64,000 nucleotides of DNA from an uncultured bacterium (GTDB lineage: Bacteria > SAR324 > NAC60-12): positions 1 to 64,000 of the forward strand of contig CBFIGY010000011.1 in the NCBI GenBank assembly GCA_965662235.1. Reading direction: 5' to 3'. This document shows, piece by piece, positions 10,654-20,964 of the stretch. Every line of letters begins with the position of its first letter. Within the stretch, counting starts at the first letter, position 1. Under the pieces are notes generated by a model, which had not been told where the DNA came from, searched no databases, and was given only the letters and a program-made list of their open reading frames with translations. Position numbers and translations under genes: made by a program.

Positions 10654-12729
10654 ATGACCGAAGCTGCTCGTTTTTCCAACCGCCTTCTTCACGAAAAGAG
10701 CCCCTACCTGCTCCAGCACGCGCACAACCCGGTGGACTGGTACCCGTGGGGAGAAGAGGCCTTTGCTCGCGCACGGGAGGAGGACAAGCTGTTGCTGGTC
10801 AGCATTGGGTACGCGACCTGTCACTGGTGCCACGTGATGGAGCGAGAGAGCTTTGAGGATCCGGAGCTGGCGGCGTTTCTGAACGAGCACTTCATTCCCG
10901 TGAAGGTGGACCGTGAGGAGCGTCCGGATGTGGACAAGCTGCACATGGATGCGCTTCACGCGCTGGGGCAGCAAGGGGGCTGGCCGCTGAACATGTTTGT
11001 ACTTCCAGATGGACGTCCCGTCACCGGAGGCACCTACTTTCCGCCTCAAGACCTCCACGGGCGTCCGTCTTTCCGGACGGTGCTGGAGCGGCTGGTGAGC
11101 CTCTGGCACGAGCAGCGGGAGAAGCTGGAAGAGGTGGGGGGGCAGATGAAGGAACACCTGAGCCAGATGGTCCACGCGGTCTCTGCTGAGCAGGCGCTTC
11201 CGGGCGCTCAGGCGGAAGAGCAGATGTTCCAGCAGTACCTGCAGACGTATGATGAGCAGCATGGAGGCTTTAAGCTGCAACCGCAGAACAAGTTTCCCCC
11301 CAGTATGGGGTTGCAGATGCTCCTGCGCTACTACCGGCGCACGCAGCGAGCAGAGGCGCTGGAGATGACGGAGCACGCGCTGCAGGCCATGCTCCGCGGT
11401 GGCATCTACGACCAGATCGGCGGTGGCCTGAGCCGCTACAGCACGGACTACCGGTGGCTGGTGCCTCACTTTGAGAAGATGCTCTATGACAACGCCCTCT
11501 TTGTCCGGGCGCTGCTGGAAGCGTATCAGGTGACAGGGAAGGCGCTTTATGCCAGCGGTGCAGAGGATGTGCTCAGCTACATCATCCGGGACATGCGGCA
11601 TCCGGAAGGCGCCTTCTACTCTGCCGAGGATGCCGACAGCGAGGGCGTGGAGGGAAAGTTTTACGTGTGGACGCCTCAGGAGGTGCACGAGGTACTGGGG
11701 CCGGAACTGGCAGAGGTCGCGTGCGTTTACTGGGACATCACACCTGCAGGAAACTTTGAGGGCCAGAGCATTCCGAATCGTCCGAACCTGATGGAGGATG
11801 TGGCTCAGGGGCTGGGGCTTTCTGACGATGAGTTGGTGGCCAAGCTGGCGGAAGCCCGGGTTCGTTTGCTGGAGCACCGAAGTCGTCGGGTGCGCCCCCT
11901 GTGTGACGACAAGGTGCTGACGTCTTGGAATGCCCTGATGATTTCAGCATTTGCGCATGCGGCTCGTGTGCTGGGCAAACCGGTTTACTTGGACCAGGCG
12001 CTTGAGGCTGCTCACTTTCTCTTCCGGGAGCTGGTGGATGACTCTGGGAGGTTGCTCCGTCGCTGGCGTGACGGGGAGGCCCGCTATCACGCGTACCTAG
12101 TGGACCATGCGCAGCTTGCGGTCGCCTGCTTGGATCTGTATGAAGCAACCTACGACCCGCATTGGTTTCAGCAGGCGCAGCACTTGGCGAATGAAATCCG
12201 ACGCCTCTTTCACAATGACGCCGGGGCCTACTTTGACACAGGGGTTGATGCCGAATGGCTGCTCACACGGAGCATTGATGGGTACGATGGCGTGGAGCCT
12301 TCTGGAAACAGTGCAGCGGCTCAGGCGTTTTTACGGCTGGGCGCCTACACGGGGGATCGCTCTTATCAGGAGGACGCGCTCCGGATCTTCCGGTACTTTG
12401 CCCAGCACCTGGAGCGGGCCGGGGTGAGCTTTGGGGCAATGCTGCAGGCCTTGCATTTTTTCCAAGCGCCGCCTCAGGAGGTGGTGGTTGCAGGAACCCG
12501 AGGAGAGGCGGAAACCGAAGCCATGCTGGCTCTGCTGCAGCAGGAATTCCACCCCCATGTGGTCACCACCTTCCTACCGGTCGGCGAGGAGGCTGCAATT
12601 GCCCGTCTCATTCCACTGGCCGAAGGGCGTGGAACTCCGGATGGCAAGGCCATCGCGTACGTCTGCCAGAACTTTGCCTGCAACCTGCCTGTCCGGACGG
12701 CAGCTGAGCTGAAGCAGCAGCTGTCATGA
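10654..12729 (+). CDS. Thioredoxin-domain protein, YyaL/SPATA20 family
   Basis: [42 protein letters not shown] and DDKVLT.WN motifs. Confidence 0.9.
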   Translation: MTEAARFSNRLLHEKSPYLLQHAHNPVDWYPWGEEAFARAREEDKLLLVSIGYATCHWCHVMERESFEDPELAAFLNEHFIPVKVDREERPDVDKLHMDALHALGQQGGWPLNMFVLPDGRPVTGGTYFPPQDLHGRPSFRTVLERLVSLWHEQREKLEEVGGQMKEHLSQMVHAVSAEQALPGAQAEEQMFQQYLQTYDEQHGGFKLQPQNKFPPSMGLQMLLRYYRRTQRAEALEMTEHALQAMLRGGIYDQIGGGLSRYSTDYRWLVPHFEKMLYDNALFVRALLEAYQVTGKALYASGAEDVLSYIIRDMRHPEGAFYSAEDADSEGVEGKFYVWTPQEVHEVLGPELAEVACVYWDITPAGNFEGQSIPNRPNLMEDVAQGLGLSDDELVAKLAEARVRLLEHRSRRVRPLCDDKVLTSWNALMISAFAHAARVLGKPVYLDQALEAAHFLFRELVDDSGRLLRRWRDGEARYHAYLVDHAQLAVACLDLYEATYDPHWFQQAQHLANEIRRLFHNDAGAYFDTGVDAEWLLTRSIDGYDGVEPSGNSAAAQAFLRLGAYTGDRSYQEDALRIFRYFAQHLERAGVSFGAMLQALHFFQAPPQEVVVAGTRGEAETEAMLALLQQEFHPHVVTTFLPVGEEAAIARLIPLAEGRGTPDGKAIAYVCQNFACNLPVRTAAELKQQLS

Positions 12730-13172
12730 CGCCACAGGATCTGTGGGCGGCCTACCGTCCCACCTGCTTCACGGCTCCGGAGCCGTTGGCGTTTTCCCGT
12801 TTTGCCATTCTGACAGCTTGGAACCCAGGTGTGTTTTTAGGGAAAACCGAGAACCAGCTCCGGCAGGCAGAGCTCGGGAAGCAGCTGGAGGCGGAGGGCT
12901 TGCCTCACACCCTGATTTGGGCTGGGGCTCCAGACTGGTCTCACTTTGAACCGAGTTACGCGGTGGCCACCGCTCTTCCGGAGTGCGAAGAGGTGGCCAA
13001 GAGGTGGGAACAGAATGCTTTGTTTTGGGTGGAAGACGGGGGGCTGTGGCTGGTGGGGTGCCAGCCGACCTTTCCCCCTTCTGAAGAGGTGGGGCGGTTC
13101 AGCCAGCGATGGCGTTCCTGGACACAACTTTCTGCGGCACAGCAGGCTGAATTCCGTCAATCCATCGTGTGA
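12726..13172 (+). CDS. DUF3293 domain protein
   Basis: [19 protein letters not shown] and W.QNA.FW pattern. ATGA overlap with the YyaL gene. Confidence 0.7.
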   Translation: MTPQDLWAAYRPTCFTAPEPLAFSRFAILTAWNPGVFLGKTENQLRQAELGKQLEAEGLPHTLIWAGAPDWSHFEPSYAVATALPECEEVAKRWEQNALFWVEDGGLWLVGCQPTFPPSEEVGRFSQRWRSWTQLSAAQQAEFRQSIV

Positions 13173-13737
13173 GCAGGTCGCTGTTTTCCAACCAGTGGCC
13201 ATACACCTGCTGCTGTTCAAAGCACTGCATCAGGCTTTCTTGTTGCGCCTCGGCCTGTGCCTGAGTCGCAAATCCCTGTGTCGCCAAGAGCCGGAGAGGC
13301 ACCGAGGCACCCTCCTGCAACTGGGCCAGCAGCGCCAAGGGGTCTGTTGAGACGTCAAGGCGGACACGCTGGTTCCGGGCATCTTGAATGAAGCTCAGCA
13401 AAAACGGCGTCTCAGGAGACGAAACAGGCTTCTTCTGACGGTCCTTACACCACTTGCACACCCACGACTTCCCGCCTCGTCCCTTGGCATCCATGTAAAA
13501 CTGCTGGATGGAGCGGGATTCTCCGCAGTCTTCACAGGTCCGCACTTCTAGGACAATCGGTTTGGGAGCCGGCACGGCTTCGCTCTTGCCCTGAGCACAC
13601 TTGCGACACAGGGTCGAGAGCCCGTCGGAACATCGCCCTTCCGGGAAAAAATCCAGCGTCCGTGGGAAGGGATTCCGGCACTCCCCACAGGGGCGGAGGT
13701 ACTGGTCTGCGCCAAAGAGTTCTGCTTGTTTGTTCAT
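13099..13737 (-). CDS. Hypothetical protein with two CxxC..CxxC zinc fingers and a degenerate T5orf172/GIY-YIG-like domain
   Basis: CGEC..CRKC and CEDC..CKWC pairs; C-terminal SFIQ..VRLD.STDP..LL.QLQ.G...PL.LL ... F.....GHWL. Confidence 0.6.
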   Translation of the reverse strand: MNKQAELFGADQYLRPCGECRNPFPRTLDFFPEGRCSDGLSTLCRKCAQGKSEAVPAPKPIVLEVRTCEDCGESRSIQQFYMDAKGRGGKSWVCKWCKDRQKKPVSSPETPFLLSFIQDARNQRVRLDVSTDPLALLAQLQEGASVPLRLLATQGFATQAQAEAQQESLMQCFEQQQVYGHWLENSDLLTRWIDGIQPAVPQKVVSRNAIAG

Positions 13738-13931
13738 GAGTCTGACCGCTCTTCAGGTTGTATCCGCGTTAAGACTATATCAGAAATCAAAGAAAATCAA
13801 TAAGGACCTGTGGAAAACCATGGAATCAGGGCTTTGCTGGCAAAACATCACTTGATCATTCAGAGGGAATTCATAAGCATATCAGACGATCACCAAGTCT
13901 TTCCCCATCGTATCCACTGGAAAACGGAAGC

Positions 13932-15146
13932 ATGAACGATTTTTCGAAAAAACAGTTTATTGAGGACTTGAACCTACAAGGGAAACGTGTTCTGGTTCGA
14001 GTTGACTTCAACGTCCCCCTCGACCAGGACCTGGCCGTGACGGACAACAACCGCATTGTGGGGGCTCTGCCGACCATCAAGCGCATCCTAGAGCAGGGTG
14101 GCCGGGCGGTGCTGATGTCGCACCTGGGACGTCCCGGAGGCGAGCGAGTGAACCGCCTCAGCCTGCAGCCCGCTGCTGCCGAGCTGAGTCGCTTGCTGGA
14201 ACAACCGGTGTACCTGGCCCCGGATTGTGTGGGGGAAGGGGTGGAAACCCTGGTCAACCGCATGCAGGACGGAGAGGTCGTGTTGCTGGAAAACCTCCGG
14301 TTTCACAAGGCCGAGACCAAGAATGATCCGGCGTTTTGCCAAGCCCTGGCAAAACTGGGGGACGTGTATGTGAACGATGCTTTTGGCACCGCACACCGCG
14401 CCCACGCTTCCACCGCCGGAGTCGCAGAATTCATGCCAGAGTCAGCCATTGGCTACCTCATTCAGCGTGAACTCCAGTTCCTGGGGGGCGTGGTTTCGAA
14501 GCCGGAAAAGCCCTTTGCTGCCATTTTGGGAGGCGCCAAGGTGTCGGACAAGATCAAGGTCATTGAGAACCTGATGCAGCACGTGCAGATGCTGGTCATC
14601 GGCGGTGGCATGGCCAACACCTTTCTCAAGGCCCAAGGCGTTGAGATTGGAGACTCGCTGTTGGATGCCGACTCACTGGAGTACGCCCGGGAGCTGCTCA
14701 CCCGTGCGGAACAACAGGGAGTCGCGGTGCACCTGCCCACTGATGGGATCGTCGCTCAGGAGCTCTCAGCGGAGGCTGAGACGCAGGTGGTTTCTCTGGC
14801 GGAAGGCGTTCCAGCCGGCTGGAAGCTGCTCGACATTGGTCCTGAAAGTGCAGAAGCCTATGCAGCAGCCCTCGGCACCGCCCGGACCCTTTTCTGGAAC
14901 GGTCCAATGGGGGTGTTTGAGGTGGAGCCCTTTTCCAAAGGCACCTTCCGGGTGGCCCAGGCCATGGCGTCTGCAACGGAAAGCGGAGCCACTACAGTGA
15001 TTGGAGGCGGAGACTCCGCGGCGGCCATTCAGGTGTCCGGACTCAGCCAGAAGATCACACATATTTCAACAGGGGGAGGCGCGTCTTTGGAATTTCTGGA
15101 AGGCCGTGACCTTCCTGGAGTGAGTGTGATTCCTAACAAAGCATAA
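13932..15146 (+). CDS. pgk: Phosphoglycerate kinase
   Basis: RVDFNVP, SHLGRP, LLENLRF, DAFGTAHRAHAS and HISTGGGASLE motifs. Confidence 0.97.
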   Translation: MNDFSKKQFIEDLNLQGKRVLVRVDFNVPLDQDLAVTDNNRIVGALPTIKRILEQGGRAVLMSHLGRPGGERVNRLSLQPAAAELSRLLEQPVYLAPDCVGEGVETLVNRMQDGEVVLLENLRFHKAETKNDPAFCQALAKLGDVYVNDAFGTAHRAHASTAGVAEFMPESAIGYLIQRELQFLGGVVSKPEKPFAAILGGAKVSDKIKVIENLMQHVQMLVIGGGMANTFLKAQGVEIGDSLLDADSLEYARELLTRAEQQGVAVHLPTDGIVAQELSAEAETQVVSLAEGVPAGWKLLDIGPESAEAYAAALGTARTLFWNGPMGVFEVEPFSKGTFRVAQAMASATESGATTVIGGGDSAAAIQVSGLSQKITHISTGGGASLEFLEGRDLPGVSVIPNKA

Positions 15147-15152
15147 CGTCAC

Positions 15153-17414
15153 ATGAGTCGTACCGACACCCCCGCTGTTTCCCCTTCCGTGTCCCCTGCT
15201 GAGAACCCGTCTTCTGCCAATCAGCAGGGGATGTACTACTACTTTTACCGGCTCACGGAGTTTGCGGACGCGCACCGGACTTTTTTTTCGTTCACGGTGG
15301 TGTTGGTCGGCTTGGTGCTGGCAGACATGATCTTCCACACCTGGCTGTTTGAGCCTTACAAGTCCTTGGTCCAAGCCCTCTCCGGGATCACGCCCAAGGG
15401 CTTCCCTGAGGTGGACATCGGCTTTACCCCGGAGGTCTGGCAGGCGCTCCTAGGGGTGGTGCTGGGAACCCTGATCCTCGTCATTTCCATTGCGTCTCAG
15501 AGCATCCCGAAGCTCATTGACCTCTACATGAAGGACCTCCCGAGCCTCCTTTACATCTGGACGCTCATCCTCGGAGGTTCCCACGCGCTCATGATCAAGA
15601 TCTACGGAGAGATCGAGCTCATGCGCGAGTCGAGCCGGATCTTCAACACCCACATCCTGCTCACCCTCTGCTGCTTCATCGCCTTTCCATACGTCTTCTA
15701 CATCCTCCGGTACACCAAGCCGACCAACATCATTGAGCGCATCTACTCCAACAACCTCGACCGCATCCAATCCCTGACCCAACCGCACCAGCGGGCCCTG
15801 ATGGGAGAGGAAAAGATTGTGGAGCGCTACCAGCATGAGATCTTCGAGTCCCTCAACCAGTTGGACGATATTCTGGAGTACGTGAACTTCAAGGAGTTGA
15901 AGGCCGAGATCATCCACTACATCTCAAAGACGGTCCGGGAGTACCTCTACGTCAAGAGCGATTTTGACCCCCGCTTCTTCAAGGTCAGTCACAAGGTCCG
16001 GTCGGACATTTCCTTCAAGACCATGGTGGGGCAGTTTGCCGACATGGAGCAGAACCACAGCTTCTATGAGCAAAAGTGCTTTCGGCTGTTGGGGAACATC
16101 TACATCCGCTTGCTGGAGCAGGGCGAGTTTGACCTGGCGTCTCTGGTAGCCGGGGAAATGGCCCAGATTGGTCGAGTTTCGATTGAGCTGGAGCAGAAGT
16201 CCTTGGTGAGTTCCATCATCATCCGCTTCAACACCCTCGTCCGTTTTGCCATCAAGCACGCCATCCGCAACAACGAGCCCCGGAACCTCTACAACCTCTT
16301 CTTCTTTTACGGGAACTTCATCAACTCCCTGGTGGATTACCAGTGGAAGGACCAGCTCAAGCAGGCGTTCTTCTACCTACGCATCTATGGGGTGGAGATC
16401 TTCAAGCATGGCAGCAACGCCGGAGCGATGTACTTCATTGTGGACGTCATTGCCACTGAGATGAAGAAGGTCCTAGAACGGATTCACCAAGAAAACTGGG
16501 ACTTGGAGTTTCAGGAGGCGCTGCTGATGGAAATCCTCCAGGTGGACAACCCTCCGGACTTCAACAAAGAAGACCTGTCCCGGGGAATCCTCATCAACAA
16601 TGGGGTGCGGGTGCTGCAGATGGGACTGACTCTGTTCTACCTCCGGGTGGGACAGCAGAACTTTGTAGATCGCATCATCAAGGACGTTCTGGATGATCTG
16701 GATGTGCTTGGAGAGGAGACCTTTCAGAAGGTTGTGGAGATGACGTCGGCGCGTCTTAAATTTTCCGGACCCACCTTCTGGGAAGACACCGACCGCGGAA
16801 ACCTGAACATCTACTACACGCCCGATCAGGAGTTCCTAGAGCCCCTTAAGGCGCAGATCTATGCCGGAATGGAGCACCGCCTGATCCTCAGTGCCCAGAA
16901 GCAGCACAAACTGACAGAAACGGAAGCCCGCTTGATCTGGGACCTGTCTCGGCTGCAGAAGTCGGTGGAGATGGAGCAGCTGCTGAAGAACTCAGTCCGC
17001 TTTGAAGAAACACTACCTCTGCTGCAAGACATCACTCCTGAGCGCCTGAACGACCTTGTCAACGTCCGCAAGAAGCTGCACTTCACTTCGGACAATCCGG
17101 AGCTCACGGTCACACATACCCGGCAAATTGCCGAGGGGCAGCTGATCACGATTCAGGGAAAGGGCGAGCGTCACAAAGAGCCGGGCATTCCGTCCATTGT
17201 GCGCTTCAACTCCCTGAACATGTTCTATGTGGCACCTGTGGAAGCAGCTGACGAGGCACGGCTTCAGAAGCTCTCCCATGTCACCATCACCTTCCATCCT
17301 CTGCGACGGCGGCTCATCTACCGTTTCCAGACAACGCTAGATCCCCACAAGATGGAGAACGGCGCCTACCGGGTGCACCACTCCGAATCCGTCAAGATCA
17401 TTGAAGAGCGCTAG
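15153..17414 (+). CDS. Hypothetical membrane protein (DUF2254-like N-terminus, helical core, YcgR/PilZN-like C-terminus)
   Basis: About 4 N-terminal TM segments; 753-aa ORF with host-like codon usage, 6 nt after pgk. Confidence 0.6.
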   Translation: MSRTDTPAVSPSVSPAENPSSANQQGMYYYFYRLTEFADAHRTFFSFTVVLVGLVLADMIFHTWLFEPYKSLVQALSGITPKGFPEVDIGFTPEVWQALLGVVLGTLILVISIASQSIPKLIDLYMKDLPSLLYIWTLILGGSHALMIKIYGEIELMRESSRIFNTHILLTLCCFIAFPYVFYILRYTKPTNIIERIYSNNLDRIQSLTQPHQRALMGEEKIVERYQHEIFESLNQLDDILEYVNFKELKAEIIHYISKTVREYLYVKSDFDPRFFKVSHKVRSDISFKTMVGQFADMEQNHSFYEQKCFRLLGNIYIRLLEQGEFDLASLVAGEMAQIGRVSIELEQKSLVSSIIIRFNTLVRFAIKHAIRNNEPRNLYNLFFFYGNFINSLVDYQWKDQLKQAFFYLRIYGVEIFKHGSNAGAMYFIVDVIATEMKKVLERIHQENWDLEFQEALLMEILQVDNPPDFNKEDLSRGILINNGVRVLQMGLTLFYLRVGQQNFVDRIIKDVLDDLDVLGEETFQKVVEMTSARLKFSGPTFWEDTDRGNLNIYYTPDQEFLEPLKAQIYAGMEHRLILSAQKQHKLTETEARLIWDLSRLQKSVEMEQLLKNSVRFEETLPLLQDITPERLNDLVNVRKKLHFTSDNPELTVTHTRQIAEGQLITIQGKGERHKEPGIPSIVRFNSLNMFYVAPVEAADEARLQKLSHVTITFHPLRRRLIYRFQTTLDPHKMENGAYRVHHSESVKIIEER

Positions 17415-18430
17415 AGGCTGATGATCCGGGCCTTCTGGAACTCCTTGAAGGACCGGCGCAGCAGGGTCCGGACGTAGCTCGCTTCGCCGGACTGCTCATA
17501 GAAGCCCACTCGAATCCGGTACGTGGCCTTTCCTGAATCCGGATCCACCCACATGGACAGGTAGCTCAATTCGGTTTCGCTGGAGAAGCGAGCCAGGTCC
17601 TGCACCGCCTCCTGGAAGGTGTCGTAGGAAGGAGGCTGAACCACCCAGGGCTTGTTGATCGCCTGACGGAGGTCGATCAGCTCCCGGGACAGCTCGGACG
17701 GCGTGGGGAGCACGGGCCAGTATCCCGGCGGAAAGAGCTTGCGTCCCTGGTGGGCCTCGTAGATCTCCTTGCCCATCGCCTTGGCCTCATCCACATTCTT
17801 GAAGAACCCCACCCGGACCCGGAACCAGTGTTTGCCCTCATAGGGCTTCTCGGTCCGGTACAGGTACGCGTAGCGCCCATCCTGCATCAGGGTCCGGACC
17901 CGGTCTAGGGCCACCTGAAACTCATCCTCTGGAACCGATAGCAGCTGAATGGCGTACTTGCCTCGGTTGCGACGAGAGAGAATGTCCTTCATGGCGTCCA
18001 CCTCAGAACGGAACTGGATCTTCAGCTTCTGTCCATCCTGACCGACCTCCCAGTCCTTAGACGCATCCGGAACCTCAACGAGGTCGAGGCGGGACTTGTT
18101 CTGGACCATGAGGGTGATCCACTGGTTGTCAGCAGTTTCAGCGGCCTCCGGAGGGGTGACTTCCCAGTAGTTCTCCCCCTTTTCCAGCATCTGAGACCGC
18201 GCGGGAGCTTGGGTGTCATGGGGCGCGTCTTCTTCAGGGACCGCCACGGCTTCCTCTCCGGACGGGAGTCCGTCTTCTTCAAGCGGAATGGGGGGCGCCA
18301 CCTGGACGATAACGTTCTTGGCGGGTGCCTGCTGGACCCAGGCGAGTCCGGCCAAAAACGCAACCAGGCCCAGAGCCAGACCCCAGAGGATCCAGGGACG
18401 GAGGGAGGACGATGGAACTTCCTGAGTCAT
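17411..18430 (-). CDS. SPOR-domain membrane-anchored protein (two SPOR repeats)
   Basis: N-terminal TM, then YAIQL...WFRVRVGFF...EA and WVVQ...YRIRVGFY...EA. Confidence 0.75.
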   Translation of the reverse strand: MTQEVPSSSLRPWILWGLALGLVAFLAGLAWVQQAPAKNVIVQVAPPIPLEEDGLPSGEEAVAVPEEDAPHDTQAPARSQMLEKGENYWEVTPPEAAETADNQWITLMVQNKSRLDLVEVPDASKDWEVGQDGQKLKIQFRSEVDAMKDILSRRNRGKYAIQLLSVPEDEFQVALDRVRTLMQDGRYAYLYRTEKPYEGKHWFRVRVGFFKNVDEAKAMGKEIYEAHQGRKLFPPGYWPVLPTPSELSRELIDLRQAINKPWVVQPPSYDTFQEAVQDLARFSSETELSYLSMWVDPDSGKATYRIRVGFYEQSGEASYVRTLLRRSFKEFQKARIISL

Positions 18431-18518
18431 GAATTGCTATGCGCTTGAATGTTGCAGCTTCGCGGATAGGCTTTTGGGATACGCTTGACCTGTTACAGAT
18501 CAGAGGATCGTCGAAACA

Positions 18519-19754
18519 ATGGAAATTCGCGGCAACAAGCTGTGTGTCGGGGGGTGTGTGCTTGAGGAACTCGCGGTTGAGTTCGGAGCGCCCCTGTACG
18601 TCTATGATGAGGCACGCATCCGGAACCAGCTTCAAACCCTGCAGGGGGCCTTCCCAGATCCCAAGCCGGAAGTGCATTATGCCATGAAAGCCAATTCCAA
18701 TCCAGCGATCCTTCGCATTCTTCAGGAAGAGGGCGCCTGGATGGACACGGTGTCGGAGTGGGAGATCCGCTTGGCGTTGGCGGCTGGGGTGCCTGCGGAG
18801 CGCATCCTCTTCACTGGAAACAACTCCACGCTTGAGGAGCTGGAGGCGTGTCTGGCACTGGGCGTATCGCTCAACTTGGGGTCCCTAGCGTCGCTGGAAC
18901 GCCTTGCTGCCCGTCATCCCGGAGCCGCTTTTTCCATTCGCATCAACCCCGGAGTAGGCGCCGGGCATCACGCCCACTGCATCACCGGAGGGCCCGCGTC
19001 CAAGTTTGGGATCTGGCATGAGGACCTGGCTCAGGCCCGAGAAGTGGCTGCAAAGCACGGCGTCCGCATCAACGGGATCCACTCGCACATTGGCACCGGC
19101 ATCTACACGGCCGCTCCCATGCTGGAGGCGATGGAGCTGGTGTTGCAGAATGCCCGGGAGTTTCCGGACCTAGAGTTCATCGACTTTGGAGGAGGCTTCG
19201 GGGTACCGTACCGTCCCAACCAGGAACCACTGGATGAGCAGAGCCTTGGGCAGGAGATGAGCCGGCGTTTTTTGGAGTTCATTGAGGAATACGGTCGTCC
19301 CCTGCGCATGAAGATTGAGCCCGGGCGCTTCCTGGTGGCTTCGGCGGGTTCACTGGTGGTGCAGGTGACGGACGTCAACACGACGCCGGAGCACCGGTTC
19401 ATTGGCGTCAACTCCGGATTCAATCACCTCGTCCGACCGACGATGTATGGCTCCTATCACCAGATTGCCAATGCCTCTCATCCGGAGGCCCCGGAGCAGT
19501 CGGTGGTGGTGGTGGGGAACATCTGTGAGTCTGGTGACATCTTCAGCCGTGACGGCGAGGCGATCGACCGCCTGTTGCCCGATCCGCAGGTGGGCGACTA
19601 CCTGGTCTTCCAGGAAGCCGGCGCCTACGGCATGTCCATGAGTTCTCACTACAACACCCGTCCCCGTCCGGCCGAGGTGCTGATCTCGAACGGCACCGCT
19701 CGGCTCATCCGGAAGCGGGAGACCTTTGAAGACTTAACCCAAGCGTTTTGCTAA
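18519..19754 (+). CDS. lysA: Diaminopimelate decarboxylase
   Basis: YAMKAN (PLP lysine), SKFG, HSHIG, GGGFG, EPGR, GNICESGD and GAYG motifs. Confidence 0.95.
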   Translation: MEIRGNKLCVGGCVLEELAVEFGAPLYVYDEARIRNQLQTLQGAFPDPKPEVHYAMKANSNPAILRILQEEGAWMDTVSEWEIRLALAAGVPAERILFTGNNSTLEELEACLALGVSLNLGSLASLERLAARHPGAAFSIRINPGVGAGHHAHCITGGPASKFGIWHEDLAQAREVAAKHGVRINGIHSHIGTGIYTAAPMLEAMELVLQNAREFPDLEFIDFGGGFGVPYRPNQEPLDEQSLGQEMSRRFLEFIEEYGRPLRMKIEPGRFLVASAGSLVVQVTDVNTTPEHRFIGVNSGFNHLVRPTMYGSYHQIANASHPEAPEQSVVVVGNICESGDIFSRDGEAIDRLLPDPQVGDYLVFQEAGAYGMSMSSHYNTRPRPAEVLISNGTARLIRKRETFEDLTQAFC

Positions 19755-19787
19755 CCCTCTTTGCTTGAACACGAAAGGAGAACCCCC

Positions 19788-20081
19788 ATGAAACGACTGA
19801 TCCCCTTCCTCTTCACAGGGCTCTTGCTGGCTGGTTGTACGGAGGAGCGTCGAAATGAGGTCTTCAAGGAAGTTGACAACTACCTGGGCAAGGACATGAA
19901 GGTGTCGTATGTTGCCGACAGTGGAACGATCGTCAAGTCCTGGACCGTCCGGGATGGCAAGGTGACGACCCAGAAGAACCCGGACGGCTCAGCGACCGGG
20001 TACTACTTCTTCTGGAGTGTGGAAAATGGCTACGTCCAGATTCCCGTCAACCGGACGATCATCGAGGAGATCAAGAACTGA
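19788..20081 (+). CDS. Hypothetical lipoprotein
   Basis: AGGAG RBS; MKRLIPFLFTGLLLAGC lipobox. Confidence 0.7.
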   Translation: MKRLIPFLFTGLLLAGCTEERRNEVFKEVDNYLGKDMKVSYVADSGTIVKSWTVRDGKVTTQKNPDGSATGYYFFWSVENGYVQIPVNRTIIEEIKN

Positions 20082-20085
20082 GCGC

Positions 20086-20964
20086 CTAAGACCGCTTCAG
20101 CTTCGGATCCAGGGCATCGCGGAGGCCATCACCAAACAGGTTGATGGCCAACACCGTGAGCAGAATGGCCAGCCCTGGAAACGTAACCACCCACCAGGCA
20201 CTGAGGATGAACTCCCGGGCCTCTGCCAGCAGCGTCCCCCACTCCGGAGTCGGAGGCTGCGCCCCCAATCCCAGAAATCCCAACGCCGCTGCATCCAAAA
20301 TCGCATTGGAAAAACTCAGGGTCGCCTGCACAATCAGGGGCGCTAGGCAGTTGGGCAGAATGGTGACAAACATCAGACGCTTTTCACTGGCTCCGGCCAC
20401 ACGACTGGCAGTCACGTAGTCGCGGCTGGCTTCCGACATCACTGAAGCCCGGGTTAGTCGGACAAAATGCGGGAGCAGCACCAGCGCAATGGCGAGCATC
20501 GCGTTCATGAGACCAGGCCCCAGCAGAGCCACCAGCGTTAGCGCAAGAAGCAGACTGGGGAAGGCAAGGATGACGTCCATGGCGCGGGAGATGGCGACAT
20601 CCACAAAGCCCCGGAAGTACCCCGCCAGCAACCCCAGAACCACCCCCAGAGTGAGCGCCACCGGTACCACCACAGCGCCGATCATCAGCGAGTAGCGAGT
20701 GCCATGAATGATGCGGGACAGCATGTCTCGTCCCACCGCATCGGTTCCCAGCGGATAGGTCCAGGAACCGCCTTCTTGCCAGACAGGAGGCTGGAGGAAA
20801 CTGGAACGGTCCTGCACGTCCGGTGCATGGGGCGCAATGAGGTCTGCAAACAGGGCCACCAGGATGAGGAAAACGACAAAGGCGAGTCCTGCGACGGCCC
20901 CTCGGTTCTCCCGAAAGTAATGCCAGAATTCCCGCAAAGGGTGCGGGGCGGAATCGGGAGTCAT
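20086..20964 (-). CDS. dppC: Dipeptide ABC permease
   Basis: LGTDAVGRD.LSR and FLGLGAQPPTPEWG motifs; ATGA overlap with dppB. Confidence 0.88.
   Translation of the reverse strand: MTPDSAPHPLREFWHYFRENRGAVAGLAFVVFLILVALFADLIAPHAPDVQDRSSFLQPPVWQEGGSWTYPLGTDAVGRDMLSRIIHGTRYSLMIGAVVVPVALTLGVVLGLLAGYFRGFVDVAISRAMDVILAFPSLLLALTLVALLGPGLMNAMLAIALVLLPHFVRLTRASVMSEASRDYVTASRVAGASEKRLMFVTILPNCLAPLIVQATLSFSNAILDAAALGFLGLGAQPPTPEWGTLLAEAREFILSAWWVVTFPGLAILLTVLAINLFGDGLRDALDPKLKRS

Noticed and set aside
13809..13817. DnaA box / oriC in the AT-rich gap before pgk
   Set aside because: Only one TTTTCCACA match, with no box cluster and no dnaA context.
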